DNA from: Halomicronema sp.
GTDB taxonomy: Bacteria > Cyanobacteriota > Cyanobacteriia > Cyanobacteriales > Oscillatoriaceae
DNA: 32,000 bases
NCBI GenBank assembly: GCA_036704045.1
Contig: DATNQM010000009.1
Coordinates: 43,563 to 75,562, forward strand
Reading direction: 5' to 3'
The translations under genes and the position numbers were made by a program. Position 1 is the first letter of the stretch. The number at the start of each line of letters is the position of its first letter. The notes under the pieces are model-generated. The model saw nothing but the letters and a program-made list of their open reading frames with translations, searched no databases and was not told the origin of the DNA. Shown here piece after piece: positions 7,478 to 17,099 of this stretch.

Positions 7478-9727
7478 ATGGACACTCTACTCGGACAAAT
7501 ACTGGCTGGACGGTATAGAATTTTAAGCGCCTTGGGAGGAGGAGCTTTTGGTCAAACTTATATTGCCGAAGATTTACAACTGCCAGACAACCCCCAGTGT
7601 GTGGTAAAACAATTTAAACCTCAAACAAAAGATCCGCAAACCCTTGAAACTGCCCGAAGATTATTTGATACCGAAGCAACCGTTTTGCATCGCCTAGGGA
7701 AACATGATCAAATTCCTCGGTTGTTAGCTCATTTTGAAGAAGAGGGAGAATTTTTTTTAGTTCAAGATTTTATTGAAGGCGAACCATTGTGTGAAGAACT
7801 CAAAAAAGGTAAATCTTTAAAAGAGACAGAAGTTATAAAAATTTTAGAAGATATTTTAACGGTTTTGGCCTTTGTTCACGAACAAAATGTTATTCACCGT
7901 GATATCAAACCTTCTAATATTATTAGGCGCTTTTATGATCGGAAATTAGTATTAATTGATTTTGGGGCTGTTAAACAAGTCAGTAATCAAGTAGTTAATG
8001 AAGGTTTTACTGTTGCTATTGGCACCCCCGGTTATATGCCTAGCGAACAATTGGCCGGTCAACCTCGCCCAAACAGTGATATTTATGCGCTGGGAATGAT
8101 GGCTATTCAAGCCTTAACGGGTATTTTGCCTTCACAAATTCCTCAAAATGCCCAAACCGGCAATCCACTGTGGCGTCATCAAGTTTCTATTAACAAAATT
8201 CTCGGTGATATTATAGACAAAATGGTGTGTTATCACTTCATTGAACGTTATCAGTCGGCCGGTGAAGTGCTTTTAGAGATCGCAAAAGTGCAAGATTTTT
8301 TAGCTCAAGAAACCGAAATGAAACGGGATTCTATAAACGATAGCATCCCCCTTACTTTACCTCCCCATACTTCCACTGTTTCCCAAAATTACTCTACTCA
8401 ATCACCGGCATCTACAGTATCACAGCAAACTGTTATAGATATTCCAATTGCACCATCTAAAAATAAAAAAATTAGCTATATTTTTGCATCAATAATAGTA
8501 GCCGGTGTGATGGTGGTGGGTTTGTTGTTTGTACCTAGGACAAATAACTTAACCGCTGCTAATAAATTTTTGGATGCGGAAAAACCAGAAGAAGCCCTCA
8601 CCGTTGCTGACAAAGCCCTTGCTCAAAATGACCGCGATGCTCAAGCTTGGAAAATTCGTGGTGATGCTTTATTTCTTTTAGAACGCTATGAATCAGCTTT
8701 ATCTGCTTATCAAAAAGCTAGTCAACTTGCTCCTAATAATGCAAAATATTGGACTAATCAAGGTGAAACTTTTTATATTTTACAGCGCTACGAAGACGCT
8801 TTAAAAGCCCATAATAAAGCTTTACAACTTGAACCTAATAATGTTGGAGCTTTGAACAAAATCGGTCTGGCATTTATTGGGCTTAAAAATTATCAAAATG
8901 CCCTAGATACTTTTGAAAAAGCTCGTGAAATTAAACCTAATGACCCGGAAGCGTGGGAAAATCGCGGTTTAGCTTTGGAATATTTGCAGCGCCGGCAAGA
9001 TGCTCAAAGAGCTTACGAAGAAGCCCTCGCCTCCTATAATGATGCGCTGAAACTCAAACCTAAAAATCTCCAATCTCGGATTAATAGCGGTCGTATTTTA
9101 AATAAGTTGCAGCGTCCCGAAGAAGCCCTAAAAGTTTTTGATGAAGTTATTGTTATGAAAGCTGATTTTTTTCCCGCTTGGATTAATAAAGGCAATACAT
9201 TGATGCTTTTACGCCGGCCTAGTGAAGCAATTAACGCTTATGATAAAGCTTTAAAAATTAGACCAAAATCTTATTTAACATGGCATAATCGCGGTTCTCT
9301 GTTAATTGCAAATGGCCGTTTAAATGATGCTATCCAAAGCTACGATAAGGCTTTAGAAATTCAAGATAAATTTTATCCGGCACTCCGTGATAAAGGCTTT
9401 GCTTTGTTGCAAACTCATAGGCATTTAGAAGCTCTTTCTGCTTTTGATAAAGCCATAAAAATTGAGCCAAAAGATAGTAAATCTTGGGTAGGAAGAAGTC
9501 TTGCTCTTGCTCAACTAAAACGCAATGATGAAGCTTTAGTAGGTTTAGATAAAGCAGTAGAAATTGAACCGAAAGATCCGGCTGCTTGGCTAAATAGAGG
9601 CTTGGTTCAAGAACAAACTCAGCGAAATGAAGAAGCGCTGAAATCTTATAACAAAGCTGTTGAACTTGACCCGACGTTTCAACCGGCTATCCTTGCTCGT
9701 AAAAAATTACAAGAAAAATTAAATTAG
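7478..9727 (+). CDS. Ser/Thr protein kinase with TM segment and C-terminal TPR array
   Basis: Hanks kinase motifs: LGGGAFGQTY, VVKQF, HRDIKPSNI, DFGAVK, GTPGYMPSE. One TM segment (ISYIFASIIVAGVMVVGLLFV) is followed by about 11 TPR units. Confidence 0.92.
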   Translation: MDTLLGQILAGRYRILSALGGGAFGQTYIAEDLQLPDNPQCVVKQFKPQTKDPQTLETARRLFDTEATVLHRLGKHDQIPRLLAHFEEEGEFFLVQDFIEGEPLCEELKKGKSLKETEVIKILEDILTVLAFVHEQNVIHRDIKPSNIIRRFYDRKLVLIDFGAVKQVSNQVVNEGFTVAIGTPGYMPSEQLAGQPRPNSDIYALGMMAIQALTGILPSQIPQNAQTGNPLWRHQVSINKILGDIIDKMVCYHFIERYQSAGEVLLEIAKVQDFLAQETEMKRDSINDSIPLTLPPHTSTVSQNYSTQSPASTVSQQTVIDIPIAPSKNKKISYIFASIIVAGVMVVGLLFVPRTNNLTAANKFLDAEKPEEALTVADKALAQNDRDAQAWKIRGDALFLLERYESALSAYQKASQLAPNNAKYWTNQGETFYILQRYEDALKAHNKALQLEPNNVGALNKIGLAFIGLKNYQNALDTFEKAREIKPNDPEAWENRGLALEYLQRRQDAQRAYEEALASYNDALKLKPKNLQSRINSGRILNKLQRPEEALKVFDEVIVMKADFFPAWINKGNTLMLLRRPSEAINAYDKALKIRPKSYLTWHNRGSLLIANGRLNDAIQSYDKALEIQDKFYPALRDKGFALLQTHRHLEALSAFDKAIKIEPKDSKSWVGRSLALAQLKRNDEALVGLDKAVEIEPKDPAAWLNRGLVQEQTQRNEEALKSYNKAVELDPTFQPAILARKKLQEKLN

Positions 9728-9842
9728 TGATTTATTAGTAATAATTTATCGGTGGTTAAAATCAAAAAAACAACCCTAAAATAGAGATAGAAACAAAAAA
9801 AATATTTTCCTCGTCTGCTTTACCTAATTACCAATCACAACC

Positions 9843-10400
9843 ATGAAATTATCTAAATTACAAAGATTATTTTTCCTTGTTATTCCCAGTCTTTTTGTTG
9901 GGTTTGGTGGAGGAATATTACAGGCAAACGCAGCCGAAAAAGTAGTAATTAAGGCCGGCTTTCATCAGGCATCTATCCCCTTAGAAGACTTGCAAAATTT
10001 TGCTGAAACCGGCCAAGTTTCCCCTGCCTTAGAAGATATCCTCAGCGCCTCTAAAAGCGATAGCGAAAGAACCCGCCAAGCACTAACTAAAGAAGTGCCG
10101 GTGAATTTAGTATGGGCAGATAAAGCCCTCAATCATCCCTTGGGAGAAATGCTACTCGATCAAATTTCTGTAGTCATTCATCCGCCCACAACTACAGCAA
10201 ACCGGGCTGCATTACGCTCAGCAATTGTACTTTCTGCCGGTGAAGATAATCAAGTTTCGCTTTTAGAAATTATTGAAAATTATCCAGCTTCCGAATTGCA
10301 CATTGAGGGAGAGCGTATTGTAGAAGCTTCCGAAAAATTGGGCCGGTTAAGCCAAGGAGTCAAAGAAGCTATGAGGAAAATTCCTGATATTTTTCGTTAA
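9843..10400 (+). CDS. DUF1400-like secreted protein (cyanobacteria-restricted family)
   Basis: N-terminal signal/TM (LFFLVIPSLFVGFGGGILQANA), then AEKVVIKAGFHQASIPLEDLQNFAETGQVSPAL, which matches my memory of the DUF1400 N-terminal pattern. No hydrolase domain follows. Confidence 0.55.
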   Translation: MKLSKLQRLFFLVIPSLFVGFGGGILQANAAEKVVIKAGFHQASIPLEDLQNFAETGQVSPALEDILSASKSDSERTRQALTKEVPVNLVWADKALNHPLGEMLLDQISVVIHPPTTTANRAALRSAIVLSAGEDNQVSLLEIIENYPASELHIEGERIVEASEKLGRLSQGVKEAMRKIPDIFR

Positions 10401-10502
10401 GCTATAGCATTTTTCTATCTGGTGAGGTACGATTGAACCCCCAACCCCCTTATTAAGGGGGGTTGGGGGGTTTTTGCTTGATATGATTGAAAACAGCTAT
10501 AG
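10401..10502. mobile_element. Small palindromic dispersed element (MITE-like), copy B, supplying a strong terminator
   Basis: Ends gctatagcatttttctatctg ... tatgattgaaaacagctatag match copy A (2418-2494) in reverse complement. The core cccccaaccccc-ttattaa-ggggggttgggggg (10438-10470) is a 12-bp G:C stem followed by TTTTT. Confidence 0.65.
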
Positions 10503-10546
10503 GCAGGGAAAAATTAAAAAAATTCAGATTTTACCCACCCTAAAAA

Positions 10547-11122
10547 TTAAGGTTTTGGAGGCAACAAAACCTGATCAATTACCACAAAAGTAATTGTATT
10601 ATCGCTTTTATTTTTGATATTAAAGCAATCATCAACCGGCTTCGCATTATTCAAAGTAATTTGGTTTGCGCCTGCATTTACACCCAGACTAACCACATTA
10701 CCTTCTAAAGTTTTGACCTTTCCCGCTTCGATATCAGCTTCTGTCACTTTTCCTGCCACCAAATGATAAGACAAAACTTTTGCTAGTTGCGGTTTATCTT
10801 TCATCAACTGCTCTAAAGTACCGGCCGGCAAAGCCTCAAAAGCCTCATCAGTTGGCGCAAAAATAGTAAATGGCCCCCCTTCATTCAAAGTATTAACTAA
10901 CTCTGGAGTTTCCTCTAAAAGTTGTGCAAACTTACTAAAACCCAACTGTTTAAACTGCCCAATTAAAGAACCGGCACGAGCCGGATAATAAGCACCCGGA
11001 CTAAAAAAACTCGGCCCATAATAATACTGTGCCAGCACCGCGCCACTATTAGCCAAACTAACCGTTATAACTCCCATAAATCCAGCTATTTTCAGCAGTA
11101 AACTTTGATATGTAGCCTTCAT
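10547..11122 (-). CDS. Fasciclin (FAS1) domain protein, paralog a
   Basis: Signal/TM N-terminus, an AQYYYGPSFFSP motif, and FAS1 motifs FTIFAPTDEAFEALP, LSYHLVAGKV and FVVIDQVLLPP. Confidence 0.88.
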   Translation of the reverse strand: MKATYQSLLLKIAGFMGVITVSLANSGAVLAQYYYGPSFFSPGAYYPARAGSLIGQFKQLGFSKFAQLLEETPELVNTLNEGGPFTIFAPTDEAFEALPAGTLEQLMKDKPQLAKVLSYHLVAGKVTEADIEAGKVKTLEGNVVSLGVNAGANQITLNNAKPVDDCFNIKNKSDNTITFVVIDQVLLPPKP

Positions 11123-11247
11123 AAATACCTCAATTTTATTTAGGAAAAATTTCTAAATATTTTCACAAATATCCACAAATAAAGACGCTAATTTTTGCCT
11201 TTAAGTTCCTTTATTTTTTGGTAAAAATTGCAAAAAAATTGCAGGCA

Positions 11248-11847
11248 TTAAAATACTTGTGGTTGCGTAGACAATTGCCTCAGCACTTTATCAACAATTA
11301 CCACAACCACATCATTATTTCGGGAATTTTTAACAACCAGAGGTTCCCCGGCCAATTTTGCATAATAATTAATTATAAATTGTTTACCAAAAACCACCTC
11401 TTGTAAGCGCAAGGACAGACCAGAAAGCGTTTTAACTTCTCTGGCTTTAATATCAGATTCCGAGATATAACCGGCCACTAAATGGTAAGACAAAAAATCC
11501 AATAACTTCTCCTGATTTTCCGGTTTAATCAACTCTTCAAACCGCTGATCACCAAATTCTTCAAACGCCGCATCTGTAGGAGCAATAATTGTTAGAGATT
11601 CGCCGTTATTAATTCGATCTGCCAACTCTTTTGGAGCTTTTGCTAACAGAGAAGCAAATTTTTTACAACCTATTTGTTTTAGTTGAGCCAAAAGCGGCCC
11701 GCGAGTAGGAGAATAGACAACAGGGCTAAAAATACTAGGGCCGTAATAATATTGGGCAGCAGCCGGCCACCCTACCAAAGCAGCCGCCACAATTACCATC
11801 AAATATCCTAAATTTTTTAACTTATATTTCCGATTTTGGATAAGCAT
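11248..11847 (-). CDS. Fasciclin (FAS1) domain protein, paralog b
   Basis: Same layout as paralog a: AQYYYGPSIFSP, LTIIAPTDAAFEEF, LSYHLVAGYI, VVVIVDKVL. The start codon is uncertain (an internal M at MVIVAAAL is possible). Confidence 0.85.
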   Translation of the reverse strand: MLIQNRKYKLKNLGYLMVIVAAALVGWPAAAQYYYGPSIFSPVVYSPTRGPLLAQLKQIGCKKFASLLAKAPKELADRINNGESLTIIAPTDAAFEEFGDQRFEELIKPENQEKLLDFLSYHLVAGYISESDIKAREVKTLSGLSLRLQEVVFGKQFIINYYAKLAGEPLVVKNSRNNDVVVVIVDKVLRQLSTQPQVF

Positions 11848-12099
11848 TATTGTTTTTCCTTAGCTAGAAAGCTTTTTAAAAACCCTTGTATTGTTGAATT
11901 GTCGCTTATGAAAAAACCCAAATAAAATCTAAACTCCAGTTTACCATCGCCATTGCGGAGATGTCGAATCGCTGAACCGGCCTTACAAACCAGATTACTG
12001 CGATGCCAATAGCTTCAAAATTAACCCAATTTTTAAAAAGACTAACCGGCCTTCCAAACCAAAATTATGCAATAACCATTCTATCCCCATAAATATTTT

Positions 12100-12137
12100 C
12101 AAAACAAAACCGACTTCTCCTTAAAGAAATCGGTTTA
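12100..12137 (-). terminator. Intrinsic terminator after FAS1 paralog c
   Basis: On the minus strand: aaaccgatttctttaaggagaagtcggttt followed by tgttttg. Confidence 0.55.
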
Positions 12138-12169
12138 ATTAAAATTGCTTAAATTTTATTCAGTTAGCC

Positions 12170-12775
12170 CTAAAGCGTAGGAGGCACAATGACCGTATCA
12201 ATAACGTGAATAACGCCATTGCTTGCTTCAAGATCCGCCGAGATCACATTGGCTTGATTAACCATCACCTTACCGCCATTAAGGTTAACCATCACCGGGC
12301 TACCTTCAACAGTTGTAACATTGCCGTTTTTGAGCTCATTAGACATCACAGAACCAGAAACCACATGATAGGTCAAAACCTTGACTAATTTAGCCTTATT
12401 TTCTGGTTTGAGGAGCATTTCCAAAGTGCCGGGTGCCTGCTTTTCTAAAGCTGCAAAAGCAGCATCAGTAGGAGCAAAAACCGTAAACGGGCCTTCTCCT
12501 GAAAGAGTATCCACCAAACCGGCCGCTTTCAGAGCACGAGTCAGAGTAGTAAAAGAAGCATTACGGCTAGCAATTTGGACAATATTAGAAGGCTGAGTTG
12601 CCCCCGAAGGCCCGCCGGCCATAGGTTGAGACTGACCTGCTTCTGATGATTTATCACCGCTGTGGTTGTTGCAATTGTCAGCAAACGCTGCGGGGCTGAG
12701 TAACATCATGGTACCTGCTACGGTTACAGCAGCCAGAGCTTTTTTGCCAAACCTAACCAAATTTTGATTTTTCAA
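12170..12775 (-). CDS. Fasciclin (FAS1) domain protein, paralog c (secreted, with a low-complexity linker)
   Basis: Signal peptide ending PAAFA, a Gly/Ser/Pro-rich linker, then FAS1 motifs [24 protein letters not shown] and [13 protein letters not shown]. Confidence 0.9.
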   Translation of the reverse strand: MKNQNLVRFGKKALAAVTVAGTMMLLSPAAFADNCNNHSGDKSSEAGQSQPMAGGPSGATQPSNIVQIASRNASFTTLTRALKAAGLVDTLSGEGPFTVFAPTDAAFAALEKQAPGTLEMLLKPENKAKLVKVLTYHVVSGSVMSNELKNGNVTTVEGSPVMVNLNGGKVMVNQANVISADLEASNGVIHVIDTVIVPPTL

Positions 12776-12880
12776 GACTTTTGTCTCCTAGTTCTGTAAA
12801 GAGATTGTAAAGATATATTAAACAATATTACACACTTCAACCACTCAACAGGGGGTAAAACCCCTCATAGGAGAATCACC

Positions 12881-13675
12881 GTGTTAGAACTTTATCAATT
12901 TGAAATGTCGCACTACAGCGAAAAAGTCCGACTCATCCTAGACTACAAAGGCTTGCAATACCGAAAAATCGAAGTCACCCCAGGCGTAGGGCAACTGGAA
13001 ATCTACCGGCTGACCGGCCAGCGCCAGGTGCCGATACTCAAAGATGGAAACGTCGTTATTGCCGACTCCACCGCCATCGCCCAATATCTTGACCGGCAAT
13101 ATCCCGACCGGCCCCTCTACCCCAGCAATGCCAAAGAACGAGCTTTGACAACAATTTTAGAAGAATGGGCCGACGAATCTATCGGACAAAAAAGCCGCAA
13201 AGTCTTATTTAGCGGCCTCAGCCAAGACCAAAGTTTCCGCAGCGCCTTACTTCCTACCACGACACCAGATTTTCTAAAAACGTTGGTTGAAGCCGTCCCT
13301 TCAGATATTTTCAAAAGCCTGGGTATCGGACTTGGGGCTTCCCCAGAAGCCGTTAACAGCGCCACCGACAGCATCAAACAAAGTTTGGAGGCACTTTGTA
13401 CGATTCTTAAAGAAGTTCCGTATTTGCTGGGAAATAGCCCAACGGTGGCTGATTTTACAGTAGCCGGTTTGTCGATGTTGTTAAAATTCCCCACCGGCCC
13501 CTATTTAGACTTACCAGAAACTCTGCGGGGCAAAGGAGTTGCAGGAATTGCTGATAACCCAGACTATGAAATCTTTTTCAACTGGCGAGATCGGTTGTAT
13601 GCAGAATACCGGCAGCCGCTAATTCCGACTACCACTTCGTCGAGTAACCGACCTACTTCAATTCAAATCGATTAA
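12881..13675 (+). CDS. Glutathione S-transferase family protein
   Basis: N-terminal thioredoxin-like GST fold (LELYQFEMSHYSEKVRLILDYKGLQYRKIEV, QVPILKDGNVVIADSTAIAQYL). The GTG start has AGGAG 8 nt upstream. Confidence 0.8.
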   Translation: MLELYQFEMSHYSEKVRLILDYKGLQYRKIEVTPGVGQLEIYRLTGQRQVPILKDGNVVIADSTAIAQYLDRQYPDRPLYPSNAKERALTTILEEWADESIGQKSRKVLFSGLSQDQSFRSALLPTTTPDFLKTLVEAVPSDIFKSLGIGLGASPEAVNSATDSIKQSLEALCTILKEVPYLLGNSPTVADFTVAGLSMLLKFPTGPYLDLPETLRGKGVAGIADNPDYEIFFNWRDRLYAEYRQPLIPTTTSSSNRPTSIQID

Positions 13676-13720
13676 TTTTTTCTGTGGGGGCTAAAGTTTA
13701 GTAGCCCAGATATAAAGATG

Positions 13721-13750
13721 GTTCCTGGGCTTTTGCCTGGGAACTTTTAT
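13721..13750 (+). terminator. Intrinsic terminator after the GST gene
   Basis: gttcctgggc tttt gcctgggaac: a 10-bp stem including two G:U pairs, followed by ttttat. Confidence 0.6.
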
Positions 13751-13847
13751 CAACAGATGTAGCGTAGCTTTATTAGAAAAAAAGGGAAATTTTGCTGTTG
13801 ATGCAAAAATCATCTTAAGATGAGCAAAAGAGTTAATAAAGTGTGGC

Positions 13848-15599
13848 ATGAATGCAGACAAGCCGTTAGGCTCAGTAATTCAAGGATCGTTAAGTGAAGG
13901 GCTAGAAGTACGTCTTCACCCGGATGTTTCGGTGGAAGATATGCGAGTTGGGAAGTTTTTGGTGGTGCGTGGGGTGCGTTCCCACTTTTTTTGTATGCTT
14001 ACCGATGTTTCTTTAGGCACATCGAGTCCGCGAATTATGGCAAACCCACCTTTGCCAGAAGATGATTTTTTGCAGGCGGTATTAGCAGGAAGTGGCACCT
14101 ATGGAACGGTTGAACTTTCACCGATGCTGATGTTGACTCCAGAAGTTGCAGAAAATGGCTGGAGTCCTAATACAATTTTAGAAACTGAATCGAAAAAATC
14201 TAAAAAGAAATCGGCAGAAAATTCGGCAGCTTTAGCTTCGTATAAGGCGGCAACAAGTGCACAAATGGAGTTGTTGCCGGTGAAAACAATTCCTAGCCAT
14301 TTTTCCCAAGTTTTTGATGCTACAGAGCGAGATTTTAGGTGTGTTTTTGGTTGGGAAGATGACCCTCTTCGCAAAAATTTTGCGATTGGTCAACCGCTTG
14401 ACATGGAGGTGCCGGTGTGCATAGATTTAAATCGATTTGTAGAGCGTAGTAATGGCGTTTTTGGTAAATCGGGTACCGGCAAATCGTTTTTAACTCGTCT
14501 TTTACTTTCGGGTGTAATTCGCAAACAAGCGGCGGTAAATTTAATTTTTGATATGCACTCGGAGTATGGCTGGGAAGCCATGACAGAGGCGAAACAAGGT
14601 AGTACAGTTAAAGGTTTGCGGCAATTATTTCCTAGTTCGGTAGAAATTTATACTTTAGATCCAGAATCGACTCGCCGGCGGGGAGTAAGAGATGCTCAAG
14701 AATTGTATCTTAGTTACGATCACATTGATGTTGAAGATGTTGCGTTAGTGCAACGCGAGTTAAATATTTCCGATGCGGCGATAGAAAATGCTTTAATTTT
14801 GCGGGGGGAATTTCAGTCTTCTTGGATTAATCAACTTTTGGCAATGGAGAATGAGGAAATCCAGAGTTTTTGTGAGGAGAAACGGGGAAATAAAGCCTCA
14901 ATTATGGCTTTGCAACGTAAGTTGATGAAGTTGAATGACCTCAAATATTTACGTCCTTCTTGCAAGATTAATTATATTGATAAAATCTTACAAAGTTTGA
15001 GTGCAGGTAAGCACGTTATTATTGAGTTTGGTACTCAGTCGAATATGCTTTCTTATATGTTGGCAACAAATATGATTTCTCGCCGCATCCATGAAAGCTA
15101 TGTCAAAAAATCGGAATTATATTTGCAAACAAAAAGTATTAATGACCGGCCCAGACAATTAGTAATTACTATTGAAGAAGCACACCGTTTTTTAGATCCA
15201 GCTTGTGTAAGGTCTACAATTTTTGGGACAATTGCTAGGGAGATGAGGAAATATTTTGTGACGCTTTTAATTGTTGATCAGCGTCCTTCAGGAATTGATA
15301 ATGAGGTGATGTCTCAAATTGGAACTCGGATCACAGCTTTATTAAATGATAATAAAGATATTGATGCAATTTTTACTGGGGTTTCTGGAGGTAATAATTT
15401 AAAATCAGTATTAGCAAAACTCGATTCAAAACAACAAGCTTTAATATTAGGTCATGCTGTACCGATGCCGGTGGTAGTACAAACTCGTCCCTATGATGAG
15501 AAGTTTTATACAGAAATTGGGGATCCAGATTATGAGAAAATGCCAGAAGAAGAATTAATAGCAGCAGCAGAAGCAGCCAAATATGATTTAGGATTTTAA
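13848..15599 (+). CDS. HerA/FtsK-like (DUF87-type) P-loop ATPase, stand-alone
   Basis: 583 aa with Walker A GVFGKSGTGKSFLT and Walker B-like QLVITIEEAHRFL. The N-terminal region (GSVIQGS...VRLHPDVSVEDMRVGKFLVV) resembles the HAS-barrel that precedes HerA ATPase cores. Confidence 0.72.
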   Translation: MNADKPLGSVIQGSLSEGLEVRLHPDVSVEDMRVGKFLVVRGVRSHFFCMLTDVSLGTSSPRIMANPPLPEDDFLQAVLAGSGTYGTVELSPMLMLTPEVAENGWSPNTILETESKKSKKKSAENSAALASYKAATSAQMELLPVKTIPSHFSQVFDATERDFRCVFGWEDDPLRKNFAIGQPLDMEVPVCIDLNRFVERSNGVFGKSGTGKSFLTRLLLSGVIRKQAAVNLIFDMHSEYGWEAMTEAKQGSTVKGLRQLFPSSVEIYTLDPESTRRRGVRDAQELYLSYDHIDVEDVALVQRELNISDAAIENALILRGEFQSSWINQLLAMENEEIQSFCEEKRGNKASIMALQRKLMKLNDLKYLRPSCKINYIDKILQSLSAGKHVIIEFGTQSNMLSYMLATNMISRRIHESYVKKSELYLQTKSINDRPRQLVITIEEAHRFLDPACVRSTIFGTIAREMRKYFVTLLIVDQRPSGIDNEVMSQIGTRITALLNDNKDIDAIFTGVSGGNNLKSVLAKLDSKQQALILGHAVPMPVVVQTRPYDEKFYTEIGDPDYEKMPEEELIAAAEAAKYDLGF

Positions 15600-15638
15600 C
15601 AAAATTAACTACTGATCAAAAAATAAAATTTATTTGGG

Positions 15639-15659
15639 GGGCAGGCATTTTGCCTGCCT
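15639..15659. terminator. Bidirectional terminator between the convergent HerA-like gene and serS
   Basis: ggcaggc atttt gcctgcc hairpin within a short AT-rich spacer. Confidence 0.6.
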
Positions 15660-15677
15660 TAGATCGGTGGTTAAAAG

Positions 15678-16955
15678 TTACAAAACCTCGCGTCCTAAAT
15701 AGGGTTGTAAAACTTCAGGAATACGAATGGTGCCATTAGCTAATTGATAATTTTCCAAAATTGCAGACATAGTGCGTCCAATAGCTAAACCGGAACCATT
15801 AAGAGTGTGTAAAAATTGAGTGCCTTTTTTACCAGTTTCTTTAAAGCGAATGTTAGCACGTCTAGCTTGAAAATCATGGCAATTTGAGCAACTGGAAATC
15901 TCACGATATTTGCCGGCAGAAGGTAGCCAAACTTCTAAATCGTAGCATTTGGCGGCGCTAAATCCAATGTCGCCGGTGCATAGTTCTAAAATGCGATAGG
16001 GAAGTTTTAATGCTTGTAAAATTGCTTCGGCGTCGGCTACGAGTTTTTGGTGTTCTTGTTCGGAAGTTTCGGGGGAGGTAAACTTAACTAATTCAACTTT
16101 ATTGAATTGGTGGAGACGAATTAAACCGCGTGTATCTTTGCCATAGCTGCCGGCTTCGCGGCGAAAACAAGGAGTATATGCACAGTGATTGATGGGGAGT
16201 TTTTCTGCTTCGAGAATTTCATCTCGGTAGAGGTTTGTGATGGGTACTTCTGCGGTGGGTGCCAACCATAAATCATCTTCGGCACATTTAAAACTTTCTT
16301 CAGAAAATTTAGGTAATTGTCCTGTGCCGGTGAGGGAGGCGGTATTAATTAAAACTGGGGGTATTACTTCGGTGTAACCGGCTTTGATTTGTCGGTCTAA
16401 CATAAAGCTTATTAAAGCACGTTCTAGGGCGGCACCGGCCCCGATTAATGTTACAAATCTACTTTGGGCAATTTTGGCGGAACGTTCAAAGTTTAATATG
16501 CCCATTTTTTCGCCGATTTCCCAATGAGGTAAAACGGAATTTTGGGGGATATATTCGTCTCCCCATCGGCGAATTTCGATGTTTTCATTTTCATCTTTGC
16601 CGACGGGAGTTGTGGCGCTGGGGAGGTTAGGAAATGTTAGGAGTTGGGTTTGAATTTGTTCTTTTAGTTGTTTTTCTTGGGGTTCTAATTCGGAGAGTTG
16701 GGTTTTAAGTTGGTTTCCTTCTTCTTTTAGTGAGATAATTTCTGGATCGTCTGGTTTTGTGCCGGCTTTCATTTTTTGGCCGACTAATTTACCGATTTCG
16801 TTGCTGCGTGCTTGCAGTTGAGAGCGGTTTTTTTCGAGTTCTCTTTGTTGGATGTCTAGTTGTAAGATTGAGTCTAAATTGTAGTTTCCGCCGCGTAGGT
16901 TGAGGCGTTGTTGAATTGCTTCTGGGTTTTCGCGGATTTGTTTAAGATCAAGCAC
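15678..16955 (-). CDS. serS: Seryl-tRNA synthetase
   Basis: 425 aa with an N-terminal coiled-coil arm ([12 protein letters not shown]...) and class II motifs ([30 protein letters not shown]). Confidence 0.96.
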   Translation of the reverse strand: MLDLKQIRENPEAIQQRLNLRGGNYNLDSILQLDIQQRELEKNRSQLQARSNEIGKLVGQKMKAGTKPDDPEIISLKEEGNQLKTQLSELEPQEKQLKEQIQTQLLTFPNLPSATTPVGKDENENIEIRRWGDEYIPQNSVLPHWEIGEKMGILNFERSAKIAQSRFVTLIGAGAALERALISFMLDRQIKAGYTEVIPPVLINTASLTGTGQLPKFSEESFKCAEDDLWLAPTAEVPITNLYRDEILEAEKLPINHCAYTPCFRREAGSYGKDTRGLIRLHQFNKVELVKFTSPETSEQEHQKLVADAEAILQALKLPYRILELCTGDIGFSAAKCYDLEVWLPSAGKYREISSCSNCHDFQARRANIRFKETGKKGTQFLHTLNGSGLAIGRTMSAILENYQLANGTIRIPEVLQPYLGREVL

Positions 16956-17099
16956 GAGATTTTGTTGTAATTTTGTGGTTGGCAGTTTATTAGATTATCT
17001 TATCTTGTGGGGGTTGGGCAATGTGTGGGGATGGAGAAAAAGCCGGTGTCACACAACTCAACTGGGATGGTAAGGCATTCTGTCTCCAGTCGCCCCTTA

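Noticed and set aside
11218-11406. 62-aa plus-strand ORF overlapping the 3' end of FAS1 paralog b
   Set aside because: It is antisense to a gene with clear FAS1 motifs and has implausible composition.
12206-14581. Shadow ORFs 12206-12388, 12381-12596, 13117-13494, 13916-14098, 14099-14374 and 14390-14581
   Set aside because: All are antisense to or out of frame with FAS1 paralog c, the GST gene or the HerA-like gene, which carry diagnostic motifs.
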